The notes under the pieces were generated by a model. The model was not told the origin of the DNA, ran no database searches, and saw only the letters and a list, made by a program, of their open reading frames with translations. Positions 30,169-39,290 of a stretch of DNA of 64,000 nucleotides are shown here, piece by piece. Origin of the DNA: Nitrospirota bacterium (lineage in GTDB: Bacteria > Nitrospirota > UBA9217); the NCBI GenBank assembly GCA_963796285.1, contig CAWCKW010000013.1:480001-544000 (forward strand), written 5' to 3'. Each line of letters begins with the position of its first letter. The first letter of the stretch is position 1. A program made the position numbers and the translations under genes.

Positions 30169-32275
30169 CTATTTGCCGGCTCGCAGACCTATCTTCTTGA
30201 CCCGCTCGGAAAAATCAGCGCATACCGCTGCATAGGGATTGCCTCCATCGGTCGATGTTGCTGAAAGGATCTCCACTCGGCCGGGCTCGATCTTGAGCAT
30301 GCCGAGCAGGTCCTGAACCCGCTTCACCCTTGCGTTCACACGCGGGGCGATGTCCTTATACTTGCAATTCCCGTCGCCGCAGCGCACCACAGCCACGCCG
30401 TCAGCGCCGGCCTCAAAGGCCTTCAGCATATCGAGAATATCGATCCGGCTGGTGCAATGCACAGGGATACTCTTCACGTTCTTCGGAAGATCGAGGCCGA
30501 GAATGCCTGCGTGGTTCGCACACGTAAAGGCTACGATCACCGGCTCCTGCCTGTTCGGGTCAATCTTGCCGATAACCGACGGACAGCGTGTTCCTGTATC
30601 TCGCGCACGTCATAGCTCACCATGCTGATGGCCTCGGCAGGACATTCGGGAGCGCAGAGACCGCAGGCCTGACAGTACTCGGGCCGGATCTCGGAAACCG
30701 AAGTAACCACGGGAGCATCGTACGGGCAGATGCGCTTGCACGTGAGGCAGGCCATGCACTTCTTCTGGTCCACGACTGCTCCACCGCCGCAGCCGCGGCA
30801 CCTGCCTGCTTCTTCAAGCGCCTCTGCCTCGGTAAAGCCCTCTTCGAAATGCTCCATGGTCTTGACGCGAACCTCGGGAGCGAGATGCCGGACCTTCATG
30901 CGTGGTTGCTTGCTGATCTTCTCAACAACTTCTGACGGCATCTCGGCGATCTTTTCTTTTTCCTGCACAGGAAGTTTGCCTTCGATCGCCTCGCCCTGGA
31001 GAAAGAGATGCATGGCAATGGCCGAGCGATGTCCGTTCGCGACAGCGGCAATAGCCGAGCCCGGGCCTGTCACCACTTCGCCGGCAACGAACACGTTCTT
31101 TGCGCTGCTCATCTGGGTCGCGGGGTTCCATTCAACGCGGCCGCGTTCGTCGACCTTCACGCTGCTGTCCTTCAGGAACGAGAGGTTCGACATCTGGCCG
31201 ATGGTGATAATGATCGTGTCCGCTTCGAGCAGGGTGGTCACCTTGTTGTCAAAGGTCGGGGCAAAGCGCTTGTTCGCGTCGAACACGGACAGGACCTTCG
31301 TCACTTCAAGTCCTTTTACCTTGTCGCCTTCACGCTTGACCGCCTTGGGCCCCCAGCGATAATTGATCTTGATCGCCTCTTCAACCGCCTCGTCCACTTC
31401 CCATTTCCATGCCGGTATCTCCTGCTCGTTCTCGAGACAGACCATTTCGACGTTCTGAACCCCGAGCCTGCGGGCAGAGCGGGCAACATCCATGGCAACG
31501 TTTCCGCCGCCGATGACCAGCACTTTGTCTGCCCAGCTCGGGCTTCCGGTTGAAGGCAACATCCTCGAGGAAGGGGATTGCGAGCAGCACGCCGGGGCCT
31601 TCAACACCCGGAATGTTCAATGACCGGCTAAGGGAAAGGCCGATGGCGATCAGCACCGCATCATGTTTTTTCGTCAGGTCATCGAGCTTGGCGTCTCTGC
31701 CGACCTCGAAGTTCGTTTTTACCTCAATGCCCTTTGATACGACATCGTCGATGTCTTCTTTCAGTACTTCTCGCGGTAAGCGATACGGAGGGATCGCAGT
31801 GGCGAGCATGCCGCCGAGCACCGGATGGCGCTCATAGAGAGTGACGCTGTAGCCGAAATCAGCAAGGTCCCTGGCAGCGGTCAGGCCGGAGGGCCCGGAA
31901 CCGATGATGCCGATCGCTCTTGCCTTTCGTCTTCTGGGCAAGCTTACGCTTGGCGCGGCGGTAGTCTTTGGACTTCTCGATGGCGAAGCGCTTCAGATGC
32001 CGGACCGCCAGCGGTTCGTCAACGCCGCAGCGCCTGCACGACTGTTCGCAGGGATGGTGGCAGATCATGGAGCAGACCGACGCGATGGGATTCACCGACG
32101 TGATGACCTCGAAGGCCTCGGTATACTTTCCCTGGGCGATCAGGCCGACATAGGCCTGCACATCCGTATGCGCCGGGCATGCCGCGCGGCACGGCGAGTA
32201 GGGTCTCGTTTCCTTGATATCAGCGCCGTACGGCCGGTACTCGGTCGGGATGCATGTTGTTTCCGTTGCCATCAT
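30169..32275 (-). CDS. GltD/NfnB-like Fe-S flavoprotein with 2x[4Fe-4S] ferredoxin and MvhD/FlpD-like domain; reconstructed across about four single-base insertions
   Basis: Four overlapping ORFs: PCRAACP..CSMICHHPCEQSC; IGSGPSG; VIGGGNVAMD; CMACLTCKRICP/CQACGLCAPECP; IVAFTC..CTSRID..GADGV..C..NC. Frames join after removing bases near 31916, 31530, 30597 and 30583. Confidence 0.8.
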
Positions 32276-32299
32276 TCACTCCTGCCATGAAATATATTT

Positions 32300-32399
32300 A
32301 CCACGGAGGCGCGGAGACGCGGAGGAAAAACTCTGGATTCCCGCATTCGAGGGAATGACGGTTTTCATTCCGAAATCCGCAATCCGAATTCCGCAATTG
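32300..32399. repeat. Composite spacer: 9-nt REP arm, ATTCCC-N8-GGGAAT palindrome and 7-nt repeats
   Basis: ccacggaggcgcggagacgcggag; ggATTCCCgcattcgaGGGAATgac; ttccgaa atccgca atccgaa ttccgca. Confidence 0.75.
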
Positions 32400-32963
32400 C
32401 TACTCTTTCTTCGTCAACAGTTCAAGCATCTCCATGCGCGTGGACTCCTTGGTGCGGAAGCTGCCGCGCACCGCCGACGTCACTACCCGGGATCCCGGCT
32501 TCTTCACGCCGCGCATGCTCATGCACAAATGCTCTGCGTCGATGACCACCATCGCGCCCTTGGGTTTGAGGTGTTCGACGATCAGATCGATGAACTGGGC
32601 CGTGAGCCGCTCCTGCACCTGCGGCCGTTTTGCAAACACCTCAAGCGCTTTTGCCAGCGAGCTTATCCCCACGATCTTCCCGGCGCCGGGGATGTACGCG
32701 ATGTGCGCCTTGCCGAAGAACGGCAACAAGTGGTGCTCACACACCGAGTAGAACGGGATGTCGCGGATCATCACCATTTCATCGTGGCTCTCGCCTGCCA
32801 TGGGGATCAGCAGCTTTTCCGTGTCCATGGAGATGCCGGAAAAGATCTCCCCGAACATCTCAGCCATGCGCGCGGGCGTGTCTTTCATCCCCGGCCGCTC
32901 GGGGTCTTCGCCGATGCCTTCGATGATGAGGCGAACGCCTTTTTCTATTTTTTTAGTATCCAT
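32400..32963 (-). CDS. folE: GTP cyclohydrolase I
   Basis: [33 protein letters not shown]. Confidence 0.96.
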   Translation of the reverse strand: MDTKKIEKGVRLIIEGIGEDPERPGMKDTPARMAEMFGEIFSGISMDTEKLLIPMAGESHDEMVMIRDIPFYSVCEHHLLPFFGKAHIAYIPGAGKIVGISSLAKALEVFAKRPQVQERLTAQFIDLIVEHLKPKGAMVVIDAEHLCMSMRGVKKPGSRVVTSAVRGSFRTKESTRMEMLELLTKKE

Positions 32964-33073
32964 AAGGGGGTACAGCCAGGCACGAAATCCCAATCTCTCA
33001 AATAAATTTCAAATCACGCTATCTCAACTCGTGAGATCGTATTCCCGGGGTCTTATACTCGATTTGACGCCTG

Positions 33074-33631
33074 CTAATGGGAATTTGCTTCTATTACCCT
33101 TCTTTCCGTCACAATCTTCTTGATCGGGACATCGTGCATCTCCGTTGGAACGTTTGGTACGATCTGGAATTCGAAGGCCAGCGCAACGGTCATCTTCTTG
33201 AACGCGGAAAGAAGCTTGTCGTAAAACCCGGCGCCGTATCCCGCGCGGTTGCCTTGCTCGTCATAAGCCGCACCGGGGACGATGATGAGGTCGATCTCTT
33301 CGAGCGTGACCGGCCTGGTCTCATGGGGCTCAAGGATCCCCCACGTGCCGGGAGACACATCCTTGTCCAGGTCCGATATTTCGTGCAGGACCAATTCCGT
33401 GCCCTTTACTTTCGGAAGGCAAACCCTCTTGCCAAAGGCCAATGCGCGCCGGATCATCGGACCCGTATCCACTTCACTCCGGAACGATGCAAAGAACAGG
33501 ACAATACGCGCAGACTTGAATTCGGAAAGTGAAAAGAGCCGCTCCTCGATCTCACGGCTTTTCGCCATTCTCTTCCCCGGCGAAAGCGTGTCCCGTGCAG
33601 CGAGTACCTTTTTCCTGATCTCTTTTTTCAC
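33074..33631 (-). CDS. ygfA: 5-formyltetrahydrofolate cyclo-ligase
   Basis: SEVDT, GILEP, IVPG, RAGYGAGFYD, HDVP. Confidence 0.93.
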   Translation of the reverse strand: MKKEIRKKVLAARDTLSPGKRMAKSREIEERLFSLSEFKSARIVLFFASFRSEVDTGPMIRRALAFGKRVCLPKVKGTELVLHEISDLDKDVSPGTWGILEPHETRPVTLEEIDLIIVPGAAYDEQGNRAGYGAGFYDKLLSAFKKMTVALAFEFQIVPNVPTEMHDVPIKKIVTERRVIEANSH

Positions 33632-33640
33632 GTGAAGGAA

Positions 33641-34420
33641 TTACTTCTTCATCAACCGGTCGAGCGAGGCCTTGATGACCTTCGCTTCATCCACGGCACG
33701 AGGTGAGGCATCGTAGGGCGAACTGCCGTTTATGTCCGCCTTGACTGTGTCGTCGCTGTAACTCATGAACCCAAGGACCTTCATGCCGGTGAGGTGTTTC
33801 GCGATGAACTCCTTGTCCGCATCCTGCTTGATCTTGTTGCCGACGACGAAGACATCCTTGATGCCGAGCCCCTTTGCAAGGCTCTCCACGTGACGCGCGG
33901 TCTGCAGGCTCCGCTGGCCGGGCTCCACGACAACGATAAATGCGTTCACGCCGCTGGCGGTGCCGCGGGTCAGGTGTTCGATGCCCGCCTCCATGTCAAG
34001 GATGACCACCTCGTCAAGCCGCAGGATAAGGTGACTGATAAGACGGCGCAGCAGCACGTGTTCAGGGCAATAGCAGCCTGCCGCGGCCTCCTTCGATTTC
34101 CCCATGACAAGAAGCCGCACGCCCTCGTGCTGGATCCCGTAGGCCTCCGGGATATCGTCCACCTTCGGATTGATGCTGAACATGCCGCCGGGAGCGCCGG
34201 GACGGGAGCCGGTGCGCTCCTCGATCATGTCCGACTGCTCGGCAAGCGGCAGGGCCTTTGACGCGACCTCAGGCGAGATCCCGAGCGCAGAGGCCAGGTT
34301 CGCATCCGGATCAGCGTCAACGGCAAGGACCTTTTTGCCCTCAGCTGCGTAGAGCCGCGCCAAAAGGCCTGCCAGTGTTGTTTTCCCTACACCGCCTTTG
34401 CCGGTAATTGCGATCTTCAC
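33641..34420 (-). CDS. cooC: Second CooC/AcsF nickel-insertion ATPase
   Basis: TGKGGVGKT, DADPD, GCYCPE, DMEAGIEHL; GTG start at 34420 with SD GAGGAG. Confidence 0.92.
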   Translation of the reverse strand: MKIAITGKGGVGKTTLAGLLARLYAAEGKKVLAVDADPDANLASALGISPEVASKALPLAEQSDMIEERTGSRPGAPGGMFSINPKVDDIPEAYGIQHEGVRLLVMGKSKEAAAGCYCPEHVLLRRLISHLILRLDEVVILDMEAGIEHLTRGTASGVNAFIVVVEPGQRSLQTARHVESLAKGLGIKDVFVVGNKIKQDADKEFIAKHLTGMKVLGFMSYSDDTVKADINGSSPYDASPRAVDEAKVIKASLDRLMKK

Positions 34421-34446
34421 ATACAGCTCCTCGAAAGCAGGTGACC

Positions 34447-34476
34447 AAAATAACATCTATGAAGCTGGAGTGTCAA
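34447..34476 (-). promoter_or_regulatory. Sigma70 promoter of cooC-ygfA-folE-metVF-panB unit
   Basis: TTGACA-17nt-TATTTT with extended TG. Confidence 0.6.
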
Positions 34477-34486
34477 GGCTTTTTTG

Positions 34487-34716
34487 ATGCGCCCAGACAG
34501 GGCATTTGAGCTATGAGAACATTGAATTCTTCTCACGAGGGGCAGAAAAAGTTTGGCCCTCAGACAAGAGACCAGGAGGTACTGGATTAAGAAGAAGAAT
34601 AAATAATTTTATCTGATTTCGCTGAGTAGCACCTGCTGTTGGCATCCGGTAACCCGGTAAATCTTTTCCGGTTTGTCCGGGCATGGGGTCAAGACGGCAT
34701 TCTCCCTGCGGACCTA
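34487..34716 (+). ncRNA. Orphan group II (IIC-like) intron domain I-like RNA or remnant
   Basis: After a T tract: aTGCGCCC-AGACA-GGGC start, GGCAGAA..GGCC, ACAAGAG, CTGAG.A.CAC and AAGACGGCATTCTCCC in the order recalled for IIC DI; no RT or DV seen. Confidence 0.45.
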
Positions 34717-34749
34717 CAGGTTCGTGAGTCAATTCGCGCCCTCTCCGCC

Positions 34750-34778
34750 TTGCTTTTAGAAAGCAAAGGTGTTACATT
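34750..34778 (+). promoter_or_regulatory. Sigma70 promoter of rlmN (very short leader)
   Basis: TTGCTT-17nt-TACATT with extended TG, ending 11 nt before ATG. Confidence 0.55.
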
Positions 34779-34789
34779 CGTGAACCAGT

Positions 34790-35851
34790 ATGGACATTCC
34801 GAAGATCAACATAAAATCCATGGCCCGGGACGAACTCCAGGCCAAACTTCTCGGCATGGGGCTTAAAAAATATCGCGCCGGCCAGGTCCTTACGTGGGTA
34901 TACACGCATTACGCCCGGTCCTTCGAGGAGATGACAAACATTCCGAAAGCGGAGCGCGGCCTTCTTTCGTCCGTCTTTTCTATCTCAACACCGAACATTG
35001 TCAAAACGGAGATCTCAAAAGACTGCACAAGAAAGTTTCTTTTTACACTGGAAGACATGCATACCATCGAGAGCGTCCTGATCCCCGACGAGGACCGGCA
35101 GACGCTCTGCATATCGTCGCAGGTGGGCTGCCAGCAAGCGTGCCGTTTCTGTCTCACCGGAAGGGGGGGCATTACGAGAAATCTCACGGCCTGCGAGATC
35201 GTTGACCAGGTGCTGGAAATATCGCGCATCCTGCAGCACGAGGGAAAACGGCGCATCACGAACATCGTGCTCATGGGCATGGGAGAGCCGATGGCAAACT
35301 TTGATGAGGTTCTTAAAGCGTTGCAGGTGATCACCTCGGACAAGGGATTAGGATTTGCCACGCGACGCGTAACCGTTTCAACAGCCGGACTGGTCCCGGA
35401 AATCGAAAGACTGGGAAGATCAGGCGTGAAGGTGAACCTCGCCATCTCGCTCAACGCCACGACCGACGAGGTGCGGGACAGGATCATGCCCGTGAACCGG
35501 CGCTACCCGATCAGGGAGCTCCTGGCCGCCTGCCGGCACTATCCGCTCGAACCGAGACGCAGGATCACCTTTGAATATGTGATGCTCAAGGGGGTAAATG
35601 ACACCGTGGAGGATGCGCAGCGGCTTGCGAAACTGCTGAAGGGCATCAAAGGCAAGGTGAACCTCATTCCCTTCAATCCCTTTCCCGGGAGCGGATTTGA
35701 AAGGCCTGATGATACAACCGTGCGCCGTTTTCAAAAGATCCTGCTGGATAACTTTTATATCACGCCGGTACGCGAGTCGCGCGGCAGGGACATCTCCGCG
35801 GCCTGCGGGCAGTTGAGGGAGAGGGAAGCTGCGGGATCACAACAAAGCTGA
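34790..35851 (+). CDS. rlmN: 23S rRNA/tRNA C2-adenine methyltransferase (radical SAM)
   Basis: CISSQVGCQQACRFC, MGMGEP, AACGQL. Confidence 0.96.
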   Translation: MDIPKINIKSMARDELQAKLLGMGLKKYRAGQVLTWVYTHYARSFEEMTNIPKAERGLLSSVFSISTPNIVKTEISKDCTRKFLFTLEDMHTIESVLIPDEDRQTLCISSQVGCQQACRFCLTGRGGITRNLTACEIVDQVLEISRILQHEGKRRITNIVLMGMGEPMANFDEVLKALQVITSDKGLGFATRRVTVSTAGLVPEIERLGRSGVKVNLAISLNATTDEVRDRIMPVNRRYPIRELLAACRHYPLEPRRRITFEYVMLKGVNDTVEDAQRLAKLLKGIKGKVNLIPFNPFPGSGFERPDDTTVRRFQKILLDNFYITPVRESRGRDISAACGQLREREAAGSQQS

Positions 35852-35976
35852 CAGACGCGGTTTTTTTGCAGCCGGACGTACGGCGCTTCCTGCCATATGC
35901 ATACGCCAGCACAACAAAGGACGAAAAACATTTCGTCTCTCGTCCATCATTCTGCCCGTTGTTTTTTATTTCACGA

Positions 35977-36354
35977 TCATTTATTGCCCAATATCTGGTT
36001 CACGATGCTCAGAAGGTCCGCTGTCTGGATCGGTTTAGGAACGTAGGCATTGGCGCCCAGGGCGAGTCCGCGCTTGCGGTCCTCATCCGCGCCTTCCGTC
36101 GTAATGATGATGATGGGGATGGCCTTGTGCGCGGGGTCGTTCCGCACCATGGAGACAAGCTTGAGGCCGTCCATGATCGGCATGTTGATGTCCGTCAGGA
36201 TCATATCGAATTTGTGGGTCGAAAGCTTTTTGAGTGCGTCAATGCCGTCATTGGCCTCGACGATCTTGCTGCCCGGGATGCGCTTCAAGGCAAAGGAGAT
36301 CAATTGCCGCATCGTCGGGGAATCTTCAACCACCAGAAATGTATGCTCGGGCAT
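35977..36354 (-). CDS. cheY: CheY-like response regulator
   Basis: VVEDS, TDINMP, ITTE, KP. Confidence 0.9.
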   Translation of the reverse strand: MPEHTFLVVEDSPTMRQLISFALKRIPGSKIVEANDGIDALKKLSTHKFDMILTDINMPIMDGLKLVSMVRNDPAHKAIPIIIITTEGADEDRKRGLALGANAYVPKPIQTADLLSIVNQILGNK

Positions 36355-36368
36355 TTTCTAACCTCCGT

Positions 36369-37196
36369 TTATTTGTCCTTGAGCAGATCGAGAAAACTCT
36401 GGATCGTTGTGAGCTTGCGTTCGGACTGCGAATAAAGCTTTGAAGAAAAGAGCGCCGTGGCCGCGTGACCCGCAAGCATGGTAAACAATTCGTAGTCCAC
36501 GGGGGAAAACGCTTCCTTCTGGACCAGAAGCTTGTAAATAACGATTATGCCGATCACGTGCTCCTTGATTTTGAGCGGGATCACGACAAGCGGGTGAAGA
36601 TAATCGACGCCCTTCAGGTCCTTGGGATCCCCTGTGCGGTAGAACGACTCGCCCGTTTTCGCTGCACTTCCGATGATCCCCTCACCCAGCTTGATGCTTG
36701 CCCGCGCTTCCGGCCCCATGCCTTCCTGGGCAACGATCGTCAGTTCATTCGTCTTTTCGTCGAGCATCATGATCGAGAACTCCTCTGCGCCGATGAGGTT
36801 CATAACGATCTCGAGGATGATCTTGAGGCATTCGCTGAAGTCGAGTGTTGAATGAAGCTGATAACTCGCCACATAAAGGTTTGCCAGGTTATTGTTCTCC
36901 GTCTCCACCTCTATGTAACGGTTCGCGAAATCCTTGTTTTCCTCTTCTACCACGTGGTAACGGTCGATGAGCTGTCTATTTTCATCTTCAAGAAACTTGA
37001 TCCGCTCTTCCAGACTATGCGATCTGAAATTGCCTTCTCTGTCCGTGAACTTGGTCATTTCCTCTAACTGGGCGATCCGGTATCTGAGCTTCTCGTTCTC
37101 TTTCAAGAGTTCCTGGGTGAATTCCTCGCCCTTTTTAAAGACCTGAAGAAACTCTTCAACCTTCTTGGAAATCAGTGCGGGGTCCTTTTCCATCAT
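36369..37196 (-). CDS. Coiled-coil plus GAF domain protein
   Basis: N-terminal coiled coil, then GAF features (GEGIIG, VIPLKIKEHVIG, LAGHAATAL). Confidence 0.82.
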   Translation of the reverse strand: MMEKDPALISKKVEEFLQVFKKGEEFTQELLKENEKLRYRIAQLEEMTKFTDREGNFRSHSLEERIKFLEDENRQLIDRYHVVEEENKDFANRYIEVETENNNLANLYVASYQLHSTLDFSECLKIILEIVMNLIGAEEFSIMMLDEKTNELTIVAQEGMGPEARASIKLGEGIIGSAAKTGESFYRTGDPKDLKGVDYLHPLVVIPLKIKEHVIGIIVIYKLLVQKEAFSPVDYELFTMLAGHAATALFSSKLYSQSERKLTTIQSFLDLLKDK

Positions 37197-37318
37197 GCCC
37201 TCCTCGTACGGCCGCTCAGGTGACCGAAACTGCCGTAGCAAACAATATGCAACACCGTCATTATAGGTGAGTCTTAAAAAATTATCAAGAAAGAATTCTT
37301 ATAAATCGGCTCCATTCA

Positions 37319-38401
37319 TCACTCAGTCGACGGGGAACTGCAGCGCGCCGCGATCTCTCCTGCCATCTTGCCGAGCACCAGCACCTTGTCCACCACACCC
37401 GTGCGAATCGCCTCCTGTGGCATGCCGAAGACAACGGCGCTCTCTTTGCTCTCGGCGAGGCACTGCCCCCCCTTGTTCTTGATGGCGATGATTCCTTGGA
37501 CGCCGTCATTGCCCATACCGGTCAGCACGACGCCGAGGGTCGCTGGTCCGCAGGCCTCGGCAACGGAAACCATCATCTGGTCGGCGGAAGGACTGTACCG
37601 GTCAGATGAGCTCTGCTGGGCAAGGTTGACCATGAGCCCACCGCGGGTCCTCTTAACAATGAGGTGATGCCCGCCTGGGGCAATGAGCACCGTCCCCGCT
37701 TTCACCCGGTCCCCGTTCGCGGCCTCGCTTACCATGAGCGGCGAGAGCTTGTTCAGCCGCTCGGAAAAGCTTCGGGTGAATCCGGCGGGCATGTGCTGGG
37801 AGATCACGATACCGGCGTTGAGGTCGGCAGGGAGCGCGGTCAAGATCGCCTGGATCGCCGGCGGCCCGCCGGTGGAGGATGCGACCGCCACCACCTCGAC
37901 CGGGCCGGCTTCCCGCGGCATCTCGTCCTCTTTCCTCGCCGGAAGCGGAACATACTCACGGGCAAGAAGATCGACCGTGGACTTGACCTTCTTCATTTCG
38001 AGGTTTAATACCGTGTGGACCTTGGACACCAGCGTGTCCCTGACTCCCTCGATGCTCTTTGAAATGCGGGCCTCGGGCTTGGCCAGAAAGTCGACGGCAC
38101 CAAGCTCAAGGGCGCGAAAAACGCTGTGGCTGTCGGAAAGTGACGAGAGCACCAGGACGGGCGTGGGCCGCTCTTTCATGAGCCACCGCAGGAACGTAAA
38201 TCCGTCCATGTTCGGCATTTCGAGGTCGAGGGTGATTACATCGGGCATGAGGCGGAGCGTCTTCGCGATGGCGTCAACTCCATCCGTTGCGCTCCCGACC
38301 ACTTCGATCTCCGCGTCGCTCGCGAGCATTTCCCCGATCACCGTGCGATTGTATGCCGAATCGTCGACAACAAGGGCCTTGATCTTTTTCATAACGGTCA
38401 T
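37319..38401 (-). CDS. cheB: Chemotaxis methylesterase (REC plus CheB)
   Basis: LDLEMP, SSTGGP, QHMP, PSAD, LTGMGNDG. Confidence 0.95.
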   Translation of the reverse strand: MTVMKKIKALVVDDSAYNRTVIGEMLASDAEIEVVGSATDGVDAIAKTLRLMPDVITLDLEMPNMDGFTFLRWLMKERPTPVLVLSSLSDSHSVFRALELGAVDFLAKPEARISKSIEGVRDTLVSKVHTVLNLEMKKVKSTVDLLAREYVPLPARKEDEMPREAGPVEVVAVASSTGGPPAIQAILTALPADLNAGIVISQHMPAGFTRSFSERLNKLSPLMVSEAANGDRVKAGTVLIAPGGHHLIVKRTRGGLMVNLAQQSSSDRYSPSADQMMVSVAEACGPATLGVVLTGMGNDGVQGIIAIKNKGGQCLAESKESAVVFGMPQEAIRTGVVDKVLVLGKMAGEIAARCSSPSTE

Positions 38402-38423
38402 CCTTTTCCAGCCGGCTCGTTGC

Positions 38424-39290
38424 TCACGTCCCTGCCCTCGTCCGGAGCGGCTTCTGATAAACCATGTCATTCTTGAGTGTGCGGAGCACGAACGCATTCG
38501 AGATGTTGATCAGTGATTCGGAGTGACCGAGAAGCAGGTAGCCGCCTTCGCGGAGCTTATTCGAGAAACTCTCGATCACCTTTTTCTTGGCTTCTTTGTC
38601 AAAATAAATGATCACGTTCCGGCAAAAGATGATGTCCATGTTGCTGATCATGCTTGTCTTGGCCGGATCAAGCAGGTTCACTGAGCTGAATGAAACGAGC
38701 TCTTTGACCTTATCAACGATCCGGTAATCGCCCTTGTCCTCTTCGATGAAATACTTCGCCAGCATCTCCGGCTTCGTCACGCGGTGCGCGCCCTTCTTAT
38801 ACACACCCTTGCGCGCAGTGTGCAGGACCCGCTGGTTGATGTCGCTGCCAAGGATCTCCACCTGCCAATCGCTCCACCAGCCCCCGGATTCGAGCAGCAG
38901 CATGGCGATGGTGTAGGGTTCTTCTCCCGTGGAACAGCCGGCGCTCCAGATCCTGAGGATTTTCCGGTCGGCAAGAACTGTTCGCAGTTCGGGGAGGATC
39001 TCTTCGGAAAAAGCGCGAAGCTGCGGGCTTTCACGGAAGAAATAGGTCTCATTCGTGGTGAGGTTGTCCACAAGAATGGTGAGCTCTTCCTCCCGCTTTC
39101 GGTCATAGCGGAGGAAGTGATAGTACTCCTCGAAGGTCTTGAGCCGATGCTGCTCAAGCCGCCGGGAAAGCCGGCGTTCAAGAAGAAACTTGGAAGCATC
39201 GTCAAAAAATATCCCACAGTAGCCGTGGATAAAATCACGAAGAAGCCTGAACACATCGTCCGGCAGCGGAATGGTCTTCTCTTCAAACAT
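38424..39290 (-). CDS. cheR: Chemotaxis methyltransferase
   Basis: TTNETYFFRE, WSAGCSTGEEPY, IFCRNVIIYF, GHSES. Confidence 0.96.
   Translation of the reverse strand: MFEEKTIPLPDDVFRLLRDFIHGYCGIFFDDASKFLLERRLSRRLEQHRLKTFEEYYHFLRYDRKREEELTILVDNLTTNETYFFRESPQLRAFSEEILPELRTVLADRKILRIWSAGCSTGEEPYTIAMLLLESGGWWSDWQVEILGSDINQRVLHTARKGVYKKGAHRVTKPEMLAKYFIEEDKGDYRIVDKVKELVSFSSVNLLDPAKTSMISNMDIIFCRNVIIYFDKEAKKKVIESFSNKLREGGYLLLGHSESLINISNAFVLRTLKNDMVYQKPLRTRAGT

Noticed and set aside
34480-34745. 6S RNA, ZTP, THF or SAM riboswitch upstream of folate genes
   Set aside because: Core consensus elements not found, and the cooC promoter lies downstream of this region, so it would not be in the leader
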